Of a DNA stretch of 64,000 nucleotides, positions 57,328 through 64,000 are shown in pieces. The translations under genes and the position numbers were made by a program. Source of the stretch: Candidatus Bathyarchaeia archaeon (GTDB lineage Archaea; Thermoproteota; Bathyarchaeia; Bathyarchaeales; Bathycorpusculaceae). The stretch's first letter is position 1. Each line of letters begins with the position of its first letter. The stretch covers positions 96,001 to 160,000 of the forward strand of contig JAVZLK010000001.1 in NCBI GenBank assembly GCA_038883795.1. Direction: 5' to 3'. The notes under the pieces were generated by a model. That model was not told the DNA's origin, searched no databases, and was given only the letters and a program-made list of their open reading frames with translations.

Positions 57328-58590
57328 ATGGGAAAAGAAATGAGCAGTGAAAAACACACCAACATACCAAAACAACCTGAAATTAACATAGGCACCATAG
57401 GTCATGTTGACCACGGCAAGACAACTTTGGTGCAAGCGTTAACTGGTGTTTGGGCGTCAAGGCATAGTGAAGAATTAAAGAGGGGCATAACAATAAAATT
57501 GGGCTATGCCGACATGCCAGTTTACAAATGCCCAAAATGCGAACCGCCCAAAAATTATTCCACAAAACCAGTGTGCCCAAATTGTAATTCAAAAACAACT
57601 TTTTTTAGAGCCATAAGTTTCGTTGACGCCCCAGGTCATGAGGCGTTGATGGCGACTATGCTTTCAGGAGCCGCAATAATGGATGGCGCATTACTAGTGA
57701 TAGCTGCTGATGAACCATGTCCTCAACCACAAACCAGAGAACATCTTGCAGCCGCCGAGATAATAGGCATAAAGAACATAGTTATCGTACAAAACAAGAT
57801 TGATATTGTAGACGAGAAAAGGGCACGCGAAAACTATAATGAAATTAAAAATTTTGTCAAAGGAACCATAGCTGAAAACGCCCCAATAATTCCCGTTTCG
57901 GCACAGCGTGGAGTCAACATAGATGTTCTCCTACAAGCCATCGAAGAGTTTATACCCACACCAAAAAGAGACGAAACAAAACCTCCACTTATGTATATAG
58001 TTCGTTCCTTCGACGTTAACAAACCAGGTACTCTAATTGAAAAGTTGGAAGGCGGCGTAATTGGAGGAACGATACTTCAAGGCAAATTTGTGGTGGGAGA
58101 TGAAATTGAAATTCGTCCAGGAGTAGTATTGGAGAAGGAAGGAAAGGGCAACTATAACCCTCTTTTTAGCCAAATTGTAAGTTTGCATGCTGGTGGAAGA
58201 AGCGTAAATGACGCCCATTGTGGTGGACTAGTCGGTGTCGGAACTCTGTTAGACCCGTCCTTTTCAAAAGCCGATGGCTTAACTGGAAACATCGCTGGAA
58301 AATCGGGAATGCTGCCGCCAACTTTGTCGGAGTTAACATTAGAAACAAATGTTTTGGAGCGCGTGGTTGGAACGAAAGAACTTTTGAAAGTTGAAGAGAT
58401 AGGCATGAATGAAAACCTTCTTCTGCACGTGGGTGCTGCCATAACCCTTGGGAAAGTGGTTTCAGTAAAAGGAGAAAAGGTTACAGTCAAGCTTACAAGA
58501 CCCGTATGTGCACAAAAAGGTTCAAGAGTTGCCCTAAGTAGAAAAATTGCAGGCAGATGGAGACTCATAGGATATGGAATGATACAGTAA
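57328..58590 (+). CDS. eif2g: Translation initiation factor aIF-2 gamma (start may be 57340)
   Basis: QPEINIGTIGHVDHGKTT, RGITIKLGY, DAPGHE, NKID and RWRLIGYG. Confidence 0.96.
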   Translation: MGKEMSSEKHTNIPKQPEINIGTIGHVDHGKTTLVQALTGVWASRHSEELKRGITIKLGYADMPVYKCPKCEPPKNYSTKPVCPNCNSKTTFFRAISFVDAPGHEALMATMLSGAAIMDGALLVIAADEPCPQPQTREHLAAAEIIGIKNIVIVQNKIDIVDEKRARENYNEIKNFVKGTIAENAPIIPVSAQRGVNIDVLLQAIEEFIPTPKRDETKPPLMYIVRSFDVNKPGTLIEKLEGGVIGGTILQGKFVVGDEIEIRPGVVLEKEGKGNYNPLFSQIVSLHAGGRSVNDAHCGGLVGVGTLLDPSFSKADGLTGNIAGKSGMLPPTLSELTLETNVLERVVGTKELLKVEEIGMNENLLLHVGAAITLGKVVSVKGEKVTVKLTRPVCAQKGSRVALSRKIAGRWRLIGYGMIQ

Positions 58591-59001
58591 ATGACAACTT
58601 CAGACAAAAAAACAATAAAAGTAATTTTAGACTCAAACGCCTTATTTGTCCCGCTCCAATTTAAAATTGACATTTTTGAAGAGTTGCGAACCTTGTTGGA
58701 TAGAAATTTTGAGCCCATTTTGCTTTTGCCTGTTAAGCGTGAGCTTGAAAGGTTGGCGAATGAAGGTTCTCCGAAAATGAGGAAAAATGCTTCTTTTGCT
58801 TTAGAGCTTGCTGAAAAATGTAAGTTAGTTTATGATGAATTTACGGCATCTGCTGATGAGGCGATTATCCAAGTGGCCAAAAAATGGAAATGCCCAGTGT
58901 TTACGAATGATAAATTGTTGCGAAAGAGGCTAAGAGATATAAATGTGCCAGTTATTTATGTGAGGCAAAAATCACATCTAGAAATTGACGGGAGGATGTA
59001 A
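58591..59001 (+). CDS. PIN-domain protein (Fcf1/Utp24-like)
   Basis: VILDSNAL, ELE, ADEAI and FTNDKLLRKRL; conserved position after aIF2g. Confidence 0.88.
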   Translation: MTTSDKKTIKVILDSNALFVPLQFKIDIFEELRTLLDRNFEPILLLPVKRELERLANEGSPKMRKNASFALELAEKCKLVYDEFTASADEAIIQVAKKWKCPVFTNDKLLRKRLRDINVPVIYVRQKSHLEIDGRM

Positions 59002-59005
59002 CCTC

Positions 59006-59599
59006 TTGTTCAAACTTATAACATTAGAAGATACAATCCGCATACCGCCAGAAACCTTCGGCAACCCCTTGGAAGCGGTAGGCTACCAACAGGTCAAGGC
59101 AAAATATGAAGGGGTTGTGGACGAAGAATTAGGATACGTAATAGCTGTAACCGAGGTGAAAGTAAGCCCCATTGGAAAAATAATTCCAGGCGACGGCGCT
59201 GCATATCACAAGGTAACCTTTTCCTTACTAACATTCTATCCCAAAATTCAGGAAGTGGTGGAAGGAGAAGTTGTGGAGGTGGCCGATTTCGGCGCCTTCG
59301 TGCGCATAGGTCCCATTGATGCTTTATTGCATGTTTCACAGCTTATGGACGATTTCATTTCGTATGATGAGAAACAGGGAGTATTACTTGGAAAGGAAAC
59401 TAAGCGAAAACTTGCAAGCGGCGACCAGGTTCGTGTTCGGATAACAGCAGTTTCGCTAACGAGGGCTGGAGGTTCGGGGAAAATCGGTGTGACAGCAAGG
59501 CAGCCTTTTCTTGGCAAGTTGGAGTGGATTGATGAGGATGTGGAGAAAATAAAGAAGAAAGCAGAGAAACCTTCAGAAAAAGAAGAAGCAAAAAAATAG
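59006..59599 (+). CDS. rpoE1: RNA polymerase subunit Rpo7 (E'); start TTG 59006
   Basis: DTIRIPPETFG, GKIIPGDGAAY and FGAFVRIGPIDALLHVSQ. Confidence 0.95.
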   Translation: MFKLITLEDTIRIPPETFGNPLEAVGYQQVKAKYEGVVDEELGYVIAVTEVKVSPIGKIIPGDGAAYHKVTFSLLTFYPKIQEVVEGEVVEVADFGAFVRIGPIDALLHVSQLMDDFISYDEKQGVLLGKETKRKLASGDQVRVRITAVSLTRAGGSGKIGVTARQPFLGKLEWIDEDVEKIKKKAEKPSEKEEAKK

Positions 59600-59613
59600 A
59601 CAAAGGTGGGTGA

Positions 59614-59799
59614 ATGAGCGAAAAAGCCTGTGCAACATGTCATTTCATAACAAAAGAAAACGTATGCCCAAAATGCAAAACCTCATCCCTAAGCGATGAC
59701 TTCAGCGGTATAGTAATAGTTTTCGACCCAGAAAACTCAGCCATTGCAAAAGCCATGAACATTAAAGAGAAAGGACGATACGCATTAAAGGTCAGATAG
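59614..59799 (+). CDS. spt4: Transcription elongation factor Spt4 (RpoE'')
   Basis: KACATC...CPKC...SAIAK...GRYALKVR. Confidence 0.93.
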   Translation: MSEKACATCHFITKENVCPKCKTSSLSDDFSGIVIVFDPENSAIAKAMNIKEKGRYALKVR

Positions 59800-60333
59800 A
59801 TGGGCATTTTATACGCATTAACACTAGAGCTGCGCATCAAACTTAAAAAGCCCTTAGGCACATTAATCCGAGGCTCATATACTGAAACAATGAAAAAGCT
59901 TTTAGAAATGATAAAGGAAGAGAAGCCTTCAACAATAATTTCTGTTGGAGACACCGTTTCAAAAAACATTATAGAAAATCAGATGATGCCTCAATTGGCG
60001 ATAGTGGATAACAGAGTCATGAGGAAAAGCATCCAACCAATCCCAACTACAGCAGAGGAAGTTATCCATGTAAAAAATCCGCCGGGAACAATAACTGAAG
60101 AGGCTGCAACCGCTATCCAAATGGCATTAAAAAGCAATCGTCATGTCAAAATAATTGTAGATGGAGAAGAAGATCTATTGGCTCTCATTGCTATTTTGCA
60201 TGCTCCCCAAAACTCCTTTGTTATTTACGGGCAACCTTATGAAGGCATAGTAATCGTTAAGGTCACGCAAGAGAAAAAGGCTGAGGTTTCCGAAATTTTG
60301 GAAGCGATGGAAACTGTTCGAAAAACTAAATAA
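59800..60333 (+). CDS. GTP-dependent dephospho-CoA kinase (DUF359)
   Basis: LKKPLG, VGD, IVDNRVMR, NPPGTIT, VDGEEDL and YGQP. Confidence 0.9.
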   Translation: MGILYALTLELRIKLKKPLGTLIRGSYTETMKKLLEMIKEEKPSTIISVGDTVSKNIIENQMMPQLAIVDNRVMRKSIQPIPTTAEEVIHVKNPPGTITEEAATAIQMALKSNRHVKIIVDGEEDLLALIAILHAPQNSFVIYGQPYEGIVIVKVTQEKKAEVSEILEAMETVRKTK

Positions 60334-60374
60334 GAAGGGATGATATCAATCAACTCCACATTTGAGGAGCCAAC

Positions 60375-60686
60375 ATGGACATTAAGATAATATCCGACAA
60401 AAAGAACCCGCTGCTAAAAAGGAGGGAAGTTGAGTTTCTAGTGGAGCACACACAAACCGGCAGCACTCCACCCAGGCTTGAAGTTAGAAAGGCTGTGGCT
60501 AGCGCATTAAAAGCGGATATAGATTTGGTTGTTATCAAAAAATTTGAGACCAAGACAGGAACGAATGCCGCCGTTGGAATAGCAAATGTTTATGATTCCG
60601 TTGAACAGTTAAGGCTTATCGAACCTGAATACATTATTAAGCGGAATGTCCCCACTGAAAAACCAAAGGAAGAGGAAAAGGGATAA
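60375..60686 (+). CDS. rps24e: Ribosomal protein S24e
   Basis: NPLLKRREV, STPPR and EPEYIIKRN. Confidence 0.93.
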   Translation: MDIKIISDKKNPLLKRREVEFLVEHTQTGSTPPRLEVRKAVASALKADIDLVVIKKFETKTGTNAAVGIANVYDSVEQLRLIEPEYIIKRNVPTEKPKEEEKG

Positions 60687-60688
60687 AC

Positions 60689-60931
60689 ATGAGCGAAAAA
60701 GCGGAGGAAGTGCCGGAAGAGAAAAAGGAAGCTGGAAAAGTAGCTAAGGCTGAAAAGAGGAAGAAAAGGAAAAAGGGCGTTTTCTCATTATACAAAATTG
60801 AAAAAGATAAGGTTGTTAGATTGCGTCCAACATGCGAGCGATGTGGACCCGGATATTTTATGGCTGACCATGGCGACAGATACACTTGTGGACATTGCGG
60901 TTTTACACGGTACAAACCTACTGAGAAGTGA
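60689..60931 (+). CDS. rps27ae: Ribosomal protein S27ae
   Basis: CERCGPGYFMADHGDRYTCGHCG. Confidence 0.93.
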   Translation: MSEKAEEVPEEKKEAGKVAKAEKRKKRKKGVFSLYKIEKDKVVRLRPTCERCGPGYFMADHGDRYTCGHCGFTRYKPTEK

Positions 60932-60977
60932 ACAACTTTAAATCATGCGAATACATGATAATTTCAGATGAGCTTAG

Positions 60978-61400
60978 ATGATTAGAGTAAATGTTTCCAT
61001 AACTAATGTTTCTGCCGAACGCTTTTGGGATTTCCGAAAACCCATTCCACCCGTCCAAATAAACACAAACCTAAATCTTTTAGGAATGGAGAAAAAACCA
61101 GACGCTTTAGAAGTTCCCTTCGTTTTAACAATCAGCTTCAACCCTTCTATAGCCCAAATAAGCCTAAAGGGCAGAGCCTATGTGGTTGGAGATGCAAACG
61201 ACATCGAAAAAATATATAAGGATTACGAGGAGAAAAAGCCGCCGCCACCAGTCATTGTGCAATCAATTTCCAACGTTGTCTTCATAGAATCCGTGATAAT
61301 TTCTAAGACGCTAAATATTCCGCCGCCAATTCCACTACCACAAATACCAGAAGCTAAACAGCCTAGCAAAAAACCTTCAGAAAGGGATTATAGTGCATAA
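60978..61400 (+). CDS. Conserved archaeal hypothetical protein (possibly SecB-like fold)
   Basis: Beta-rich N-terminal part (VPFVLTISFNPSIAQISLKGRA), then helix and LNIPPPIPLP. Confidence 0.7.
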   Translation: MIRVNVSITNVSAERFWDFRKPIPPVQINTNLNLLGMEKKPDALEVPFVLTISFNPSIAQISLKGRAYVVGDANDIEKIYKDYEEKKPPPPVIVQSISNVVFIESVIISKTLNIPPPIPLPQIPEAKQPSKKPSERDYSA

Positions 61401-61404
61401 AATT

Positions 61405-61809
61405 TTACTTTAATGGAACATACATTGAAGAACGGGATGCGCCTATACCTGGAGTTCCATGCTTTACTGGTTTATTGGTTATCGCAAACTCGCCAAGATA
61501 ATGCCCAATCATTTCCGGCTTAATTTCAACGGGAACAAATTCCTTTCCATTATGAACAAATATCGTGAGCCCAACCATTTCGGGAAGAATAATCATGTCC
61601 CGCACATGAGTCTTAATCTTAACGTTGCCTCCCTTTCTAAGGGCTTCTTTGGCTTCTCTTATTTTCTCAAGCAATATCCTCTGCTCGGGTGTTAGGCCAC
61701 GCTGGAAACTTCTTCTCTGCCTTGAAGGAAGCAGATTTATGAATTCATCCATGGACAAATTTTGCAGTTGGTTAAGGGTATATCCGCGATAGGTGAACTC
61801 CTTTGGCAT
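61405..61809 (-). CDS. rps19: Ribosomal protein uS19
   Basis: [32 protein letters not shown] and [12 protein letters not shown]. Confidence 0.96.
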   Translation of the reverse strand: MPKEFTYRGYTLNQLQNLSMDEFINLLPSRQRRSFQRGLTPEQRILLEKIREAKEALRKGGNVKIKTHVRDMIILPEMVGLTIFVHNGKEFVPVEIKPEMIGHYLGEFAITNKPVKHGTPGIGASRSSMYVPLK

Positions 61810-61869
61810 TTTATCACTCCACCATGATTGCAGTTACATTAAATGCTATAAACCTTCTGTTGTTTTTAA

Positions 61870-62610
61870 TTATATTGTTCTTTTCTTCTTTTGTCCAGCA
61901 CCCCTCGCCGCAATCAAACCAACCTTTTGTCCAGGTGGTGCTCCATGGGAGGTTGTTGTAACCTTTCTTGCGCTTCTTTTGCTACTGCCATAGGGGTGCA
62001 CAGCGGCAACCATTGCCCTACCACGAGTTCTTGGATACTTTCGCCCTCTCGCCTTCATCAAGTGAAATTTAACGCCAGCCTTCAAGAATGGTTTCTCTGT
62101 TCTGCCAGCCCCAGAAACAACACCGACAGTTGCTCTACAGCGGTCGTCAATATAGCGGGTCTTTCCCGAAGGAAGTCTGATTATGGTTCCTTGACCAGTA
62201 TGCGTAACAACCATAGCGTAAGCGCCGGAGGATTTTGCGATTTTGCCGCCGTCGCCTGGACGAAGCTCGATGTTACATATCATGGTGCCTTCTGGAATTT
62301 TTCCTACGGGAAGAATGTTGCCCACATCTACTGGAGCGTTTCCGCCCATCTGAATCTGTTGCCCTAGATACAATCCTTCTGGAACCACAGTGTAGCATGT
62401 TTCACCATTTTCAAATCTTATCAAGGCTAAGGGTGAACCTCTTCCAGGGTCATGAACGAACTCTTCAACAACCCCTTTTATCGTCTTTTCAAAATACTCT
62501 TCAGTCGTCATAGTTACGGGATATTGTGATGGAGCTACTCTTTTGTGAGTTGCCGCCCGGAATGTGGGGGCACCGCGTCCACGCCTTTGAACTCGAATTC
62601 TTTTTCCCAT
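61870..62610 (-). CDS. rpl2: Ribosomal protein uL2
   Basis: MGKRIRVQRRGRG, HDPGR, PGDGGK, LPSG and PPGQKVGLIAAR. Confidence 0.96.
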   Translation of the reverse strand: MGKRIRVQRRGRGAPTFRAATHKRVAPSQYPVTMTTEEYFEKTIKGVVEEFVHDPGRGSPLALIRFENGETCYTVVPEGLYLGQQIQMGGNAPVDVGNILPVGKIPEGTMICNIELRPGDGGKIAKSSGAYAMVVTHTGQGTIIRLPSGKTRYIDDRCRATVGVVSGAGRTEKPFLKAGVKFHLMKARGRKYPRTRGRAMVAAVHPYGSSKRSARKVTTTSHGAPPGQKVGLIAARGAGQKKKRTI

Positions 62611-62631
62611 TAATCATCCCCTTACAAACTC

Positions 62632-62892
62632 TTACAATATTCCAAGTTTGATTGCTACATCTGCCGCTTTATAGTCTGGATGAAGCTTAACAAAAGCTTT
62701 CTTTTCCCCCTGCGGGGTAATTTGAAGGTTCACCTTTTCAACTTCAACTTCGTAAAGCTCTTCAACAGCCCTTTTAACATCTTTTTTGGTTGCCTTAAGA
62801 TTAACTATAAAAACAAGCTTATTTTCTTTTTCAACCATTAAGCTAGCAGCTTCGGTCATCAAAGGATAAAGTATAACTTCATATGGATCCAT
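62632..62892 (-). CDS. rpl23: Ribosomal protein uL23
   Basis: PLMTEAA...NKLVFIV...KKAFVKL. Confidence 0.95.
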   Translation of the reverse strand: MDPYEVILYPLMTEAASLMVEKENKLVFIVNLKATKKDVKRAVEELYEVEVEKVNLQITPQGEKKAFVKLHPDYKAADVAIKLGIL

Positions 62893-63674
62893 TATGCTTT
62901 GCCTCCAAAAAGCTCATTAAGCTTCTCAATTGTGCCACGTGTCCAAATGGTAAGTCTTCCTGGATGCGCCCCCGGAGCAAGAAGTTCTGTGTTTAAATTG
63001 TTAAGCGTAACCACATCTAAACCCGGAATGTTCCGTGCAGCTTCCATTATCCCCTTATTCTCGTTCACAACTATGAGCGGCCCTACAGCTTGTTTTATTT
63101 TTCTTCCCCTTCGTTTGCCTTTTCCAGCGCGAATGTTTCTGCTTTCTTTAACTCGGTAAACGTCTGAAAATACCCCCAATTGTAGGAGAGTTTCTTCAAC
63201 CTCCTTTGTCCTTTTTAACTCTTCGATGTCGTCTGTAACGACAAGTGGAATTTGTGGAACATCCTCAATAGCGTGGTTTCGAGAGGCTACAACTTCTTTT
63301 TGAGCTGTTGCGGCAATTGCCGAAAGTAATGCAAGCCTCTTCTCCTTTTTCGGGATTTTTTTAAGAATTATTTTATTAGAAGTGGGCGGGTGAGCTGCTC
63401 TTCCGCCAACCGTTCCCGGAGCAAAAGCTCCTCGCGCACCTGGTCCTTTAATTCTTGGAATTCTTGCTATGCCAAGGTCTACTCCTCTAGATTCTGCTGA
63501 TGTTCTTTTTCCAGCCATTGGGTCTCTGCCTTGAGGCTGGATTCTGCTTGATTGTATGGCTAATACGGCTCTTTTTATGACATCTGGTCTTAAGGGAGTT
63601 TCAAAGACTGATGGAAGCTTTATTTTTCCGACTGGTTTTCCTTGAAGGTTAAAGACTTTTACTGTTCTTGCCAT
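62892..63674 (-). CDS. rpl4: Ribosomal protein uL4
   Basis: RPDVIKRAV, AGKRTSAES, GGRAAHPP and LAPGAHPGRLTIWT. Confidence 0.95.
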   Translation of the reverse strand: MARTVKVFNLQGKPVGKIKLPSVFETPLRPDVIKRAVLAIQSSRIQPQGRDPMAGKRTSAESRGVDLGIARIPRIKGPGARGAFAPGTVGGRAAHPPTSNKIILKKIPKKEKRLALLSAIAATAQKEVVASRNHAIEDVPQIPLVVTDDIEELKRTKEVEETLLQLGVFSDVYRVKESRNIRAGKGKRRGRKIKQAVGPLIVVNENKGIMEAARNIPGLDVVTLNNLNTELLAPGAHPGRLTIWTRGTIEKLNELFGGKA

Positions 63675-63690
63675 TTGTTCTTCACCAGCT

Positions 63691-64000
63691 TTACTTTCCT
63701 TGTGGTGATTCGAGGGATATTTGAGTGATTCGTGGCAATTCTTCGATGGCTTGTTTTGGTGGGCGAGCTGGATACCGCAGTTTTATTGGACGTTTTTCTG
63801 GTCCCGGCACACTTCCATCAAGCAGAATGTAGGGTCCGTGGACTATGCCGTATCTTATGAAGCCACCTTTCGGCGTTACTTCTTTTCCATCGTTTCCTAT
63901 TTTGAGAATGCGTTTGTTGTATTCTGTTCTTTGGTGAAAGCCCATTTGTCCAGCCCTTGGAACACTATACATTACGTGGTGGGGGTTCCATGGACCTAGG
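63691..64000 (-). CDS. rpl3: Ribosomal protein uL3, C-terminal part (runs off the window)
   Basis: LGPWNP...[29 protein letters not shown] and GSVPGP. Confidence 0.93.
   Translation of the reverse strand, partial: LGPWNPHHVMYSVPRAGQMGFHQRTEYNKRILKIGNDGKEVTPKGGFIRYGIVHGPYILLDGSVPGPEKRPIKLRYPARPPKQAIEELPRITQISLESPQGK

Noticed and set aside
60689-60780. Ubiquitin-like fusion on S27ae
   Set aside because: The extension is a short Lys/Glu low-complexity tract with no beta-grasp domain or GG motif.
1-64000. CRISPR arrays, rRNA, IS elements, integrases, Sec/Pyl recoding and the many short antisense ORFs
   Set aside because: None was seen by eye. Known enzymes appear full length, and the short ORFs are shadows of well-supported genes.

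Overview
Gene-dense archaeal chromosomal window. The gene set (Hel308, class I LysRS, TIP49, FBP aldolase/phosphatase, Fae-Hps, aconitase-X phosphomevalonate dehydratase, the rps6e-aIF2g-Rpo7-Spt4-rps24e-rps27ae cluster and rpl3-rpl4-rpl23-rpl2-rps19) points to a TACK archaeon, probably Bathyarchaeia (inference). About 65 CDS and three tRNAs were found. There is no rRNA, CRISPR array, integrase or transposase. Main observations: (1) a ~2.3 kb integrase-less islet bounded by a 24-bp direct repeat of the tRNA-Glu 3' end, carrying a RelE-type toxin-antitoxin pair and a SNAP/TPR-like plus Swt1-like HEPN (RxxxxH) protein that probably starts at CTG, a candidate defence islet; (2) a Fae-Hps enzyme with an N-terminal Fis-like HTH, whose promoter holds repeated CCGACA/TGTCGG boxes, a candidate autoregulatory formaldehyde trigger enzyme; (3) a tRNA-Arg(CCG) with two introns; (4) a ribophorin-I-like membrane protein; (5) a PspA-less SPFH/zinc-ribbon operon; (6) a degenerate IscS paired with SufS; (7) a GCS2/RLAN/RimK ligase cluster next to two deoxyhypusine synthase paralogues; (8) a TrmB/coiled-coil/CbbQ-VWA locus. 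All family calls come from reading motifs by eye; no database searches were run.
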